A stretch of 59,935 nucleotides of DNA, counting the filler, from Circinaria calcarea (taxonomy: Eukaryota), in NCBI GenBank assembly GCA_051942165.1. It is 12 parts of 12 records of this genome, joined end to end, with 100 filler letters (N's around TTAATTAATTAA, not from the genome) between each part and the next. Parts side by side here need not be neighbours in the genome. Positions count along the whole stretch, not along the records: positions 35,060 to 39,955 come from JAVECS010002130.1; positions 40,056 to 44,950 come from JAVECS010002131.1; positions 45,051 to 49,945 come from JAVECS010002132.1; positions 50,046 to 54,940 come from JAVECS010002133.1; 8 more parts are not named here. One strand, 5' to 3'. Positions 38,591 to 51,027 of the stretch are shown here, piece after piece. The translations under genes and the position numbers were made by a program. Below the pieces are notes generated by a model. The model saw only the letters and a program-made list of their open reading frames with translations. It did no database searches and had not been told where the DNA came from. Numbering within the stretch: the first letter of the stretch is position 1; every line of letters begins with the position of its first letter.

Positions 38591-38748
38591 AGCCTTCAGT
38601 GGAGAATTGGCAGTACACCAGAGAGCAGAGCCCTTGGTGGAGAGTTGGCAGTACACCAGAGAGTAGAGCCCTCGGTGGAGATGTGGCAGATGGCAGTACG
38701 CCAAGGGGACGGAGCCTCTGGTCAGATGTGGAGAATACCTGATGGGCA
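38591..38748. repeat. Degenerate ~38-bp tandem repeat (about 4 units) upstream of the helicase ATG
   Basis: AGCCTTCAGTGGAGAATTGGCAGTACACCAGAGAGCAG / AGCCCTTGGTGGAGAGTTGGCAGTACACCAGAGAGTAG / AGCCCTCGGTGGAGATGTGGCAG... / AGCCTCTGGTCAGATGTGG... Confidence 0.8.
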
Positions 38749-39191
38749 AGGCCACCGGTGAAGAAAACGAATGAGCCGAAGCTCCAGAGCAGACAAAACA
38801 GGCCGGAGCCCACCTGCGGATCAAGAGAAAGTTCTGCTGTGCAACACAGCAGAGGAAAGAAGATGGTTGTTGTGGTTGTGGTTGTGGTTGTTGCATGAAG
38901 GTGAGAGAAAGATGGAGGATTTGTGGGAATAAGTAGTCTGTGGCCCCACTAGCGGATGACCCACAGTGAAGTCCGTTCGAAATTGAATATCCGAGTGAAG
39001 TCGGTAGCCGAAAGGATATTCGCTTACGCGAGCCCTATACGCCAAGCGTGGCAGCGCCATGCACGGCCTGCTTGTGCGTCAGGTGGGACACAAAATGTAC
39101 ATCGAGATGTCATATTTTAGCATGTAGAAATCAAACATGACAATTTGATACAATAACTCCTTTTACTCTACACACATATACTAAATTTTGA

Positions 39192-39955
39192 TCAGAGTTG
39201 CAACCTATAAGTGGCCACTTCAAACGGTCTCAACTCAATCTCCACGTCGCCATTATTGATCTTCAACTCAGCTTCGTCATCTTCAAGCACGTTTGTTTTC
39301 CAAACCCTCTTCACATCCAACATCTTATTGACCCTGATGGTCCCTCTGCTTGTTCCGCCCAAGCTATCGTAGATTCTCAAAATGATACTCTTCCCTTTTC
39401 TCTTGGGGAGTTCGCCTCGAGAAACGTCTTCGTCGTCTTCACCACGCTTGATGCAATCGAGAATAAGTGAAGGGAAGCCGTCAAGGCTTATAGCATTGAG
39501 GAGCGAGGATGTCTCTGATAGAGATGAGGGTGCGGAGTAGATTTTCATCGGGTGATTGAAGTTGTATGCTGTCTGGACGGTACGTGAGTCGAGAGGACCT
39601 GCATGCGGAAAGATAGCATAGCGGATATGATGACGACCTATATACGAAATGGTTAGCGGATCTCCTCCGGAGATTAGACGTAGCAGATGAGTCTACTAAT
39701 GATAACATACCCATGTCAGCGTGTGCGTCAGGCGCCTTGGGCGCACGTAACAGAGAAAGTCGCATCATGTTGCCACAAGTGGCGAAACCGTATTTGCTGT
39801 CGTTCAATATCGACACGCCATACCCGTTCTCGGAAAGATCTGCCCACTTATGGCAGCAAACCTCGAATTTAGCCATGTCCCAGCTAGTATTGTAATGCGT
39901 CGGTCGGCGAACGATACCATATTGCGTTTCGTAAGACGCTTGGGTATTGTAGATG
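39192..39955 (-). CDS. ams1: Vacuolar alpha-mannosidase (GH38), 3' part; intron 39638-39710
   Basis: [74 protein letters not shown] and [11 protein letters not shown]. Confidence 0.92.
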
Positions 39956-40324
39956 NNNNNNNNNNNNNNNNNNNNNNNNNNNNNNNNNNNNNNNNNNNNT
40001 TAATTAATTAANNNNNNNNNNNNNNNNNNNNNNNNNNNNNNNNNNNNNNNNNNNNGATCAATGGTTGTATGACGCGAAGCCATCGCTCTGGTTCTGACCC
40101 TGGGAGTCTCAGTCGCAGGGCGTGCAAGAGACATGGGAGGGTGTGATGGCAGTCTGGTAGAAAGGGGTGGGGGGGCCTAATAGCTCGATCAATAAACAGG
40201 TGTGTGACAGTTATAGGAACTGCAGGGCAACTGAACCTGGTGATTCGCTGGGATCTTCTAAGGTAGGCTTGCATATACGCATGCATGCTTGGTAGTGCGA
40301 CGCTTGCGGTGTAGCATGGATTTG

Positions 40325-40376
40325 TATTTTCTGACAGTATTTTCTGACAGTATTTTCTGACAGTGTTTTCTGACAG
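40325..40376. repeat. 13-bp tandem repeat (TATTTTCTGACAG) x4
   Basis: Directly visible; one unit has an A>G variant. Confidence 0.9.
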
Positions 40377-40457
40377 TAAGAGGCGTGAAGCAAAGGTTAA
40401 TCTGCTGCTCTGCTCAGAACCCCTAGTCTCTGAATCCTTTCTGCCTGTGCCTACTTA

Positions 40458-42779
40458 TTACAGGCCCGAATCAATCTGATCGACAACCGTATGGCTGCTG
40501 TAAGCATCCCAGTCGCGACACGTCTGCGCAAGAATACTCGGGAATTGGAGATCCATGATCTGCTCCGGTTGCTCCAGAACATTGATGTACAGCCCCGTGC
40601 TGACGTGCCTGAATTCGGGTGTGATTGAGCTGCTTGCATATGAAGAAGAGGCACACAGAAAACTAACCACGCAATATGGCAATGCAGCGGCCACACACCA
40701 GGGTTATCCGCTAAGATCTCAATTATGAGATAACCTGGAGAATCTTGCGTACCACCCTGCAAGAGCTGAACATCGCGTCGCTGAGGGTTGTTTGGATTTA
40801 TCGCCGTTCCGTCCCATATGCCGGTGCCCTCTGCTAATACCCAGAGGTTATGGCCATGCAGATGCATAGGGTGCGCGAGTGTTGTATTATTAACGATAAT
40901 AAAACGAACTGATGAGTTGTTCCCGAAATTATAAAAATATTCCACTCGGGGTTATCAGGTAAAGAGGTGTTGCCAAGTTCTGCGAGAAGAAGAACCGGAT
41001 GGTCATAGTTATCACGGAATGATTCCCCATATACATAAAACAAGTTATTACCAGAAGAGTTCGTTCCAAGCATAATATTTAATTCCTGTATCGCTGCTGG
41101 AGACGTAGGAGGTATTATGGGATAGAAGGGGGTCGTATTGACTAACGGCGTCTGCTTGATTATTAGCTGGGCCATTAACCTGAGTTGTTAAACAATAAAT
41201 ACACACGTTACCACACGACGTCTGTGGCAATAGAGTAGCAACGAATTTTGGCATGGCATGGATATCTGCTTCAGGGTAGTAGATAGCTGTCAGAGCATAA
41301 TATTGATTTGATATTCTATAGGGGGGAAGGCTAAAATTCGACCGCATCCAGATTGCATCAGCTGGGGATCCTCTAGCCTTCACCAAAATATCAGTACGTT
41401 GACTCACTCCCAGAGTTATAATGTCTGATTGGTAAGGGATCACGGGGACGAAATCGTTGGCAAGAACAGTCATGGTGTGGCCGTCAATAGCAAAACGCTG
41501 GATACCGTCGGCACCAGCGTTGATCAGGCGAAGTCTATGAGTTTTTCCAGTTTAGAATTGGAACTTCGATATCCCAGAATCAGAACTGCATGCTTGAGTC
41601 CCATCTTTAACCAAAGTGCAGTCGGAGAACCTAAGACACTCATCAGAACAGCCCTCATATTTAGAAGAAAAAAACGTCTTACATCCTGTTCCTGCCGTTG
41701 ATAAAATTATTATCAGATAGGGGTAACTCAAACGGAAGCCCACTTGTTTGCTCTATATAAAAATCATAATTATTGTGATAATACGGGCTCTAGTCTTTAT
41801 TAAGGTGGCAATTTAAAGAGAGGGAGAAACTCACCAGAAGTATAGGAGCAAGATCGATATCATATTCCGCATTGGTAGGGCTATTTCGAAATAAACGGAG
41901 TTCTCTTGTATCTAAAATAAGAAACAAACCCGTAAATGATCATAGCACCGAACAGTCCGTCCGCATATTGAGCAGAATAGTGAGAATGCCACCAGGAGGT
42001 TCCATACAGATCCGCCTTGAAAGAGTAGGTGAACGACTTTCCCGGGGCGATAGGACACATGTCAACCGCAGGAACGCCATCATACCATGGAGCACCGTAG
42101 TGTAATAGACCATGCCAGTGAAGCAGAGAACCCTCACTCGGGCCAGCCATTTGATTGTTCACGGTAATTTAAAAAGTATCCCCCCAGTTTGCTTCAAGAA
42201 GAGGGCCTTAGGATACCATGCAGCATGTCAGAGAGTTGTGGCAGAAGAAAGGAACCGCAAAGTGCTTGACTGTGGCAATTTAGACATACCAGGGAAGGCA
42301 TTGTTCACCAAAAGAGTACTCTTATTGAAGCCATCAGGGTGGATAAAACCACGGGTGATCGTAAACGTGTAGGCTCTGATCATTCCAGTGTTTGGAGTGT
42401 CTGTATACGTATTTGCCGCAGTCGCGGTGCCCCAAGGATATCCATTTGGCAAGGGCTGCAAAAAGAGTCAGGGGTTTTGCAAACACGGTTTGTACTGGCT
42501 TGGCCCGGCCCAGCCCGGCCCGTCAATGATAGAGGTATAAGGGTGTGCATACAGTGTTTCCGCTATCTATGAATGGAGGGAGGAGTGTAGCATTATCGAG
42601 AGTACCCAAAATTGAAGTACCTGCCCGTGGAAGATGTTTTAGCCCTATGTACCAGACTTGAAACATATCACAGATCAGCTTGCAGGCTAGACGGTAGACA
42701 TACCTGTAGAAAAACCCTGGGTAAGCGTTGCAACCAAAATCACAGCGCTTAGAATATACGACGTCAATGAACGAGCCAT
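40458..42779 (-). pseudogene. Multicopper oxidase (laccase-like, AA1), multi-exon, disrupted
   Basis: Signal peptide MARSLTSYILSAVILVA and copper motifs HWHG, WWHSH, HPMHLHGH and HCHIAW/H. In-frame TAA at 42171-42169 (EANWGDTF*ITVNN) and a frameshift at the T-run 40933-40937 (PEWN.YNFG). Confidence 0.8.
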
Positions 42780-42911
42780 TATGCTGAACACATAAGTGGA
42801 TAGGCAATAGATTTAATAAAAGCGCGCTGATAAGAGGTTGGGAAATGACAAAGGGAATCTCTGGTCGATAAATACCCGTGAGTTGGGTTCATAGGCCTCT
42901 CATAGATCTTT

Positions 42912-42990
42912 ACGCCCCCTCGAGGTCCATACGCCTCATGCAGACTCACATACCCCCTCGAGGTCCATACGCCACATGCAGATCCATATA
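42912..42990. repeat. ~40-bp direct duplication upstream of the oxidase
   Basis: CCCCCTCGAGGTCCATACGCCWCATGCAGA occurs twice in tandem. Confidence 0.8.
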
Positions 42991-44183
42991 CTTTCCGCCC
43001 CGGTACTCATTAATTTCTTCAACCATCTCAACACTGCTGCTCTCCTGAATACTGGTAGCTTTGGATTCCTATAATAGAACTATATAGAGAAGGGATAGCG
43101 ACTCGATTTGTCCACGGCATCAGACTTCGGAGAAGTAAATAGTCGAGCGGGTGACTTTATCCAAGGACTGAAGCCTTGGTAAAGACAGTACGAGGCTAGA
43201 GTTGCTTCCACTGTTTGCAGAGATTTAAGCGAAAAAACTTAATTCCCACACTCTATCTACTCCTGGCTTACCGTATGTACGGCAAGCCAGACAAGGATCA
43301 ATAGACAGGCATTGCTTTAGCTTTACTCTTAGACAGTCTTACTCCGTAGCATCTAATGCACCTTTGATGCATTCAAGCAATGCAGCAAGTCGCAGTCGTC
43401 TGACATTGCACAGGTCCTCAAATTATGAAGGGATTGCTGTGGCGTCTCGGGTTTTTGGTTTCAGCCTTGCAAGCCATCACCCACTGCAACCGGGTGCGCC
43501 GAAATGGGTGGAAACACGAGAATGCTATGATTGGGGGAAACAACGCTAATTGGGTGCGCCTTTCGCTCCATGTCTCATGGACCCCCCCTACTTCTATCCC
43601 TTTCCCCACCCCCTCCTTATTTTACTAATACTTTATTTTCCTCGAAGACGAACGAACGAAAACGGTAGAGAGCATTTCCCATTTCCTGGGAATGTTGGAA
43701 ATACTGGAAATAAATTAGGAAAGAGGGGTTGATACATGACCACTGCACAGTTCATATTTTATCATCATTTATAGGCCGGTGAATGAATCGTGGATCATTG
43801 CATCCCCTAGCCCTAGCCCTAGCCTGTGCGTTTGCCAATGCAAGCCAAATGCGCAAATTGACAAGATCCCAAAGCAATCGGTTTCCATAAAGCTAATAGT
43901 TCGTTTTCGGTGTGAAGCGACAGGATTGCAAAAAGGGAAGAAAAGGGTATCTCGAAAGGTAGTAGAGACCCCTAGCAAACTCGAGACGCGCCCTATAACG
44001 ATGAGAACCTTCTCAAGGCTGTACACAATGAGGAATGTTGTATAAAAGCTTTTCCACATAAATTACAGGTTTCTTTTTTCTCACCTCCTGAGCCTAATCG
44101 TTGGGTAGCGTGCATGATGATACTGCCGTCATCCTCAAATTGGACATCAGAGTATAACGAAACCCCAATCAGAATGGTAAACC

Positions 44184-44950
44184 TTAGTTATCCACTGTTG
44201 AAAGCGTACACGGAGTAGCGGTAGCAGCTCGGTCGTCCTGATCCGTCATGCTGACATCGTCTCCATCCTGAGCTGGTCGTTGCTTCTCATCAGGATCGAT
44301 CGGATGAACTCCATTATTCTGCTCCTGCCGCTCTCGCCTCCGTCCCAGTCGGTCACACCATTCTTCCGCGCTGACAATTGTTCCGTTCAAAACATCGCTG
44401 ACCTGAGCCATCATGTCTAATCCTTCCTTGGCGAGCACCATGACTCTTTGTGCATTGGTGACGGTCTCCGATGTCTGTGCTTGCTTCTCGCTGTCCGATT
44501 CGTTGCCTTTGGTAGAAAAGGACGTAATAGACGCGATACGGAATCGTTGTGGGAGGGATGTGAGATGTTTGCGAACCAACACTTTGGCATTTTCCGGAAG
44601 AGCACCCCCGGCATACTTGGACACGATATCAACAACGCTCTTGAGCGTTTGCAGGACTTCTCCTTTCAGGGCTAGAATGTGTTGAGTGATAATAGCTTGA
44701 TCTCTGGCTGGTCGTGATTGGTCATCCATGACGGAATCATCATTGGACGAAGCGCGTTGCGATTGATTCCATTCCTCGAGAACATTTTGTAGAGACAACA
44801 ATACCTTGCCCAGATGATTGTTTGCCCACCGCAACCAAGAAAAACAATACTTCAAGCTGCGTAAAGATTCCTCGCTCATTGCTACCCCGAGTCCGGAAGT
44901 CGACATCATCAGCCTGGTCTGCCAATTGCGACTTTTGGGAGATTGTGGAT
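44184..44950 (-). CDS. Opi1-domain transcription regulator (clock-controlled ccg-8-like), 3' part
   Basis: STSGLGVAMSEESLRSLKYC, YAGGALPENA...LTSLPQRF and LAKEGLDMM...TIVSAEEWC. Confidence 0.85.
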
Positions 44951-45050
44951 NNNNNNNNNNNNNNNNNNNNNNNNNNNNNNNNNNNNNNNNNNNNTTAATT
45001 AATTAANNNNNNNNNNNNNNNNNNNNNNNNNNNNNNNNNNNNNNNNNNNN

Positions 45051-45320
45051 GGGACATTTGGACATGATGTGGGCTTCCAAGGGGACTCGGATGGTTCGGT
45101 TGGCTTCGGAGGGTGGTGGAGCGTGAGTGTTAGAGGGTGTTGGTGAGCTTGGTTGGAGGAAGGAGGCTGGCGATTTGGAGCGTCCTAGGTGATAGAGGAT
45201 GAGAGAGCAGAGGGCGAGGGTGAAGAGAAATATGGTGATGAAGCGGCGGGGAGTGCGAGGCCGTGGATGGGCCATGGCTGGAAGGGGCGAGCGGTGGATG
45301 TATGCTAGCTTTTCGTCCAT
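45051..45320 (-). CDS. GILT-like thiol reductase, 5' part (type II membrane anchor)
   Basis: TM segment followed by VPLEAHIMSKCP, the start of the fungal GILT CxxC-region motif; truncated by the spacer. Confidence 0.75.
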
Positions 45321-46979
45321 GGTACTGGTTGAGATGATGACAGTGATGGTACCAGCAGAAGGCTGGAAGAATGTTGCTGGTAATGTACCCGTTTGTACCG
45401 TCGAGGCGTACTATTCGAGATCTGTATGATACATGACCATTGCGGGAACTGCGGGCTTGGCATTTGACAGGGTTTGTCGGAACGGTTTTGCTTAGATATC
45501 TAGAGAGCCGTTGGGGACGTCTGGTTGCGGCGAGGATATCAACACCCAGCATATGTACGGGCAGAACTCACTTGGGTGATAGTCTGCAATGTAAGTTTAG
45601 ATGTATATACATCTCAGGTGAGCAGTTCATTTGATGGAGATACGGCAATCTCAGGTAGCATGGACGAGTTTCATTCTATGAATATTTCAAACTATGCATA
45701 CAAGGTCTCGAGTTTGTTCAAAGATGTATATTGTACTGGAGATAAAAGCTTGCGTTCTAACCATATCAAGATTATGTCTCTCCTTGTTGGTTCGTGAACC
45801 TGGCGCCGAGTTTTCAACCTGTCCTCCAGGCTAATCATTGAGGTGCTGATTCAATTAGAACAGATAGTGGTGCTACGCGTCGAGGAGCTCACTCAATTCT
45901 CTTCTCGCTTTTCCACTTAGATCTGATAACTGGTATGCGGTGAGATTGCTGTGCTCGCGTTTGCTAGATGTGTATAAGTTAAATATCATAAAGCTAAAGT
46001 TAATGTGCGCATTGGTAATCTTGGCCAAAGCGTAACTTTTCTTCGTCCGTGTTTTGCACCTTAGATATTCAAGTTAGATCGTCAAGCACAGACCTTTGAA
46101 GACGCGGTTCAGCGTTAAGTATCCTTTGTCACTTCAGCGTCCCCAGTGTCCAGGCAGACTACTAGAATTGTGGATCTTCTTCGTGCCCATTGGGCTTTAG
46201 TTCTGTCATGTGCTTTGACACCTCGACGATAGCGCTAGTGAAACTGACTATGGAGGCTCAGAGCCTATTCCAGCACTACAGGCTCTGATTTAATCGCAGA
46301 GTTTGGAACCTACATGACAGTGGAAGTTCTGACCCATTACGTACCCTGACTTTCATTTTATATTATCTACAGGTGCTGAAAGCTTGTACGAATATAGATA
46401 TTCTATACAGTTTATGGATTAAACATGATAAATACTAATATATTAGCCATGCTTAATCGTTCTTGGGGGTCCAAGCGATGTCGAAATGGAGTCGATAAGG
46501 AACTTCTAAACCGAGAGCTTCTTTCTACTTACCCCACATACCGCCGGCGTACCAGGAATTCAATCTGCAAACCAGCGAGAGTTGTTACGCCATTCCATAA
46601 AGCCGCTGTTTTGAAATTATCACTAGACCTGATTTTGGCATAGAAGTAAGGAAGACGACATCTATGAAGATTAGCTGCAGAAAACACCCGCCGCACTGAT
46701 CTGATGAACATACTATCGAGTAAAGGACGTGGTTGGATGGGGTCCGATCGCCCTCTGGATGACCTCAATCAAAAGTGCAGAAGTGTATCCTCAGTACAAT
46801 TTCATCTTTGACTGACCCACAATACGGCTGACTCTGGGAGTTCTGATTCGTATAAAAGATGACTTCCCCCCAGAGTGCAAACGATATCGGTCTCATTCAT
46901 ACAGCGTCCCATTCATTCAACTCCTTGTTCTTCCGCTCTTCATCTCCTGGATTTCTCGACTCATCCTTCTACTGTCAAG

Positions 46980-48496
46980 ATGAAGGGAACAGTCCTACTC
47001 AGACTTGGTGCCTCCACCACTTTGAATCTCCTCTCAGCCGCACTCTACAGTCGTACGGTTGGAGGATTCGCCATTCCTAGTAGTGTCTCTGGAAGTTTCG
47101 ATATACATTCGGCCGCGATTACGTCTACACCAGGAACTGCGTTGCTGAATTTTCATGGAGGTGCTACTTTGTTAGATATCGAGAAACGCCAGAATACTCA
47201 ATCATCGTCCGATGCCCACCACTTTCTCTTGCTATCATATGCTAATAGGACCATAGTACTAACAGGAGCGTATCAGCCCGCCCAAGTACAACTGTCAGCG
47301 TCAATGTCCAACAGAATGTCACGAATACTGCCGGCTCAACAAGAATTACCAACAACGTGGCAGCTTCGAACACCGCCATGATTTCAGTGGGTCCAACAGG
47401 AAAGATCACTCCATCTGGAAGTTTTACCCTCGCTCAAAATCGTACCGCCACTATCACACTTCCCTGCCCCACTTGCCCAGGAGGAACACGCGAAGTTGTG
47501 TCTACAATGGCTCCCACTGTTTCAGTATCGAAGTCTGCAGTAGCTGGGGTTGATACCGCCGTCGTCGTCCTTCCGTGCTCAAACTGCCCGGCAGGGACCA
47601 CCAGAGTCGTAAGTACCATTACACCAGGAGCCATGGCGGATACGGTTTCTGCAAGTTCTTCACCTTTAGGAAGCTCTTCAAGCCTAGGAAGATCTTCACC
47701 CCTAGCAAGTTCTTCATCCCTAGCAACCGGAACTCTCACTGCTTCAGTGTCGAAGACTGCAGTAGCTGGGGTTAATACCGCCATCGTCGTCCTTCCGTGC
47801 CCAAACTGTCCGGCAGGGACCACCAGAGTTCTTAGCACTATCTCCCCAGCGGCCTTCACAGGTGGGCTTTCCGCTCCTTCACCCCTAGCCACCAGAACCC
47901 CCGTTGCTCCAGGGAATAAGATCAGCACAGGTCAATATGCTACTTATAACACGACTATCCCGGTCGGCACAGGAGCGGCGGGTACAGTATCAAATACTGC
48001 TACCTCCACAAGCGCTAAAATGACTCTCGGGAATGCTGCGCCCAGTGCTGCCTCGGGTAAGGCTGTCTCTGGCTCGGGCTCTGGCGTAAATAAAGCTACC
48101 TCAAGCGCTAGCACGAACATGGCTGCCTCTAGCGCTGGCTCAAATAGGACTGCTTCAGTTACTTCGAGGCTGAACGCTGCAGTGACCCTCCAGACTCCAG
48201 CATCAATTTTTGGCTCCAACAACACTGCTTCGTTTACTTCTAAGTCGAACGCTGCTGTAGCGGAATCAACTGGGACTTTAAATGCTGGCTCGAACCAATC
48301 TATCTTGCCTACACTCAAGTCTAACGCCGCTGGGGCAAAATCGACTGTTGTCACCTCTACCATGGGCTCCAGCACCGGTAATTCTGGTACTCCATCTGCC
48401 AGCTTACCTTCACACGGCAGCGACGCTTCGTCAACCATCGCCAAGGCCTCCTCTTTCTGCCTTGTAGTCGGCGCTGTGATTGCTTGTTTTCTCTAA
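46980..48496 (+). CDS. Secreted Ser/Thr-rich, probably GPI-anchored cell-surface protein with three CxxC repeats; intron 47207-47256
   Basis: N-terminal hydrophobic leader, IEKR Kex2-like site, repeats LPC[PS][TN]CP[GA]GT, S/T/A stalk and hydrophobic C-terminus FCLVVGAVIACFL. Confidence 0.75.
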
Positions 48497-49672
48497 ACGG
48501 AAAGCAATCGATGGTTTTACGCCAACACTGTGAATGATTAGTGCTTCGAGCTTGGGAAATTTCGGATACCATACCTCTGACGAAAAGTTTGTTGTGTGCG
48601 CTTGTATGTCTTTTGTTTTTATGATACTTGTTAAGTAGATGGAGGGAACACATGGGGGCTGTGCGTCTGTTCTGGTCGTTTTGAAATTAGATCTGAAGGC
48701 GCCGCTAGTATGGTATTCTAATCGGAGAAATGTAATATTTTTATATGCTACGTATTTGGTTCTGTTACCAGGATTTAAATCCAATCGAACTGCCTGCCAC
48801 CTTGTTTCCCTCCTGAGTGCGTAGGTTTATCCAAGAATTGTCAGGGGATGTCTATATACTTTACCGTGGCACGCGTGATAAGTACAAAGTGCCTGGGTGA
48901 GGGTTGTTGTCGAACCACGGGGCGTAATTTCGTTCACGCTAAGCTTGCCTCCTTTCTATCTTGAACCTCCAGAGTTCATGCACAATGAGCTTCGTAGCTG
49001 CCCACCCGCCTCAGGCCTCAATTTAGGCAGTTTGTTCGCTAGACGAAGACCAGCAGGTCCCAATGGACCTCTTGACTTAGAAAGGTGTGTATGCGGTCGT
49101 AGCGCTATGTTATAGTGTGCGTAGATGATTGGTTTTCTTCTTTGCCTTGGAAGCGGATGCAGATTGTATTGATTAGAACAGGCTGTGCTTTACACATGAT
49201 ACGAATCTGCAGGTTGATAGCTGCCTCGGAACGTCAGCGGCCAATAGATACGACGATACTTACCGTGATGGCCGGTGTAACAGTCAGGCTACGCTTTGAT
49301 GCTCTCAGGCAATCAGGATGAGCATGAGGCAAAGCTCCCCCTCTTTGGACACCTGACGGTGTTCGGAGTGATCGACCACTTGGATTTCAGGGATGCAATT
49401 TTTGGCCAAGAGAGATTGGTAGCAGCCACTATCGACTCAAGGCACTCTACGGCCAAGGCTCACTTACGCACGGGAGGCAGTGAATGGACATGTCTGCACA
49501 ACGCGTATCAATCCCTAACGGTGACGAACGGACAAAGGGACAAGGCTGTGAGGGGATTTTAGTTCTATATCTTAACTGCCGTCGTTCATCACCTTCGTGC
49601 TGTGACCATGCCACAGCGAACGCCAGCTTGCTACCGTGACGCCTCAATATCCATCCAGGAGTTATAATTAAC

Positions 49673-49945
49673 ATGGATCCTCTATCGATCTCTGCCTCGA
49701 TTTTCGGAATAGTCGCCGCAGCAGCGCAGGTTTCTAGTCTGTTAGCAACCTTTATAAATAGTACGAAGGAAGCTTCCAACTCGGCTAGGGGCGTCCTGAT
49801 GGAAATTACGGATATCCGTGTCTGCCTCGATCAATTAGGAGGGTTCCTACTAGGGACCCAGGAAGCGCCCAAATCTCGAACATCCCTAATCATGATTGAA
49901 CAGGTCATTATTGTTCTTACCGACTGTGTCACAATATTCTCCGAA
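49673..49945 (+). CDS. Protein with HeLo-like/SesA fungal STAND N-terminal domain, 5' part only
   Basis: MDPLSISASIFGIVAAAAQVSSLL...ARGVLMEI...LDQL signature; truncated by the spacer. Confidence 0.7.
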
Positions 49946-50045
49946 NNNNNNNNNNNNNNNNNNNNNNNNNNNNNNNNNNNNNNNNNNNNTTAATTAATTA
50001 ANNNNNNNNNNNNNNNNNNNNNNNNNNNNNNNNNNNNNNNNNNNN

Positions 50046-50492
50046 AGGAGTGAGAAGGGGGAGGCTACTCACTTTCAGTCGTTTGGGCATACGTTTGTTG
50101 TTGGCGTCGGTCCTGAGGGGGCGATGGTTTGGCAGTCGTGGGCTGGGTGGTACTTTTTCGATGAGTACCTCCGAGGGGATGGGGCTAGGGTAAGGACGGT
50201 GGAGGAGCTGAGGGCGTTTGTGGACGATTTTGAGAGTTTGGTGGCGGAAGAGGTAGGTGATAGGGTATGCTACTGATTTGATTCCGGCACAATAGCTGAA
50301 GGTTTGCAGGGAGGTTGGACATCAAAGAAAAACGGTTGGTATAAGAAGTGTTTCGATGTGGACATGGATCGTGTCTGCACCCCTGGACTGTCGCAGAAAG
50401 AGTTCATACCAAAGTTCAGACCATGGGTTCGGGTACACGTCATTGAGAACGTAAAGCCAGAAGCCGTCCAGAAGTTTGTGTGGGAGGTTTGA
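50046..50492 (+). CDS. 3' part of a hypothetical protein; intron 50253-50309
   Basis: Frame open from the contig start (FQSFGHTFVVGVGPEGAMVWQSW...FVDDFE), with a phase-0 GT-AG intron joining GGWTSKKNGWYKKCFDVD. Confidence 0.65.
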
Positions 50493-51027
50493 TAAGTTTC
50501 AGCTGTAATCCTTTCTTCATCTCTAGAGCTGCTTCATTGTACAAAGCAAAATAACTGTAGGATCTGTGAATAGGTTTCTTGAAGAAGGGTTGCTAATTCC
50601 TGAAATAGTGATTGAATCGGTAAGTCGATGAGATAACCATATATCAAGACTAGCAGAGTTACCTTGAGGAACTACATTTGACCATCCACTCTCGGTATAA
50701 CGCTCAAGCATCAACAGAGAATCTTGAACACTCTGAATCAGTCATTGCCGCTCGCTCGATCCCGCATGTACCCAAATCGAATGAACATAATTCCTTCGCG
50801 CTCTTCATCAATTGCGTATTATGAAAGCTTGATTCCATTAAGCAGAACCAATTTTATATCGGGGTTGTACGCCCATGAAATAAACTGTAGACTGTGTATG
50901 GTCGTTAGAGACGTAATGTCTCGTAAGCCATACCATCCTACCAGGTCTTGAAGCAAGCAAATGGTGGTCAGGGTTGACTTTATTGACTTTCTTAAGATCG
51001 TAAGACCCTGTAAGGTTCACCTTTAGC

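Noticed and set aside
38591..38748. Possible CRISPR-like array next to a helicase
   Set aside because: Units are contiguous and degenerate with no unique spacers, there are no cas genes, and the context is eukaryotic.
43805..43824. (CCCTAG)n and similar hexamer runs, e.g. (GGTTAT)n at ~54772
   Set aside because: Only about three units, internal and not TTAGGG; ordinary microsatellites rather than telomeres.
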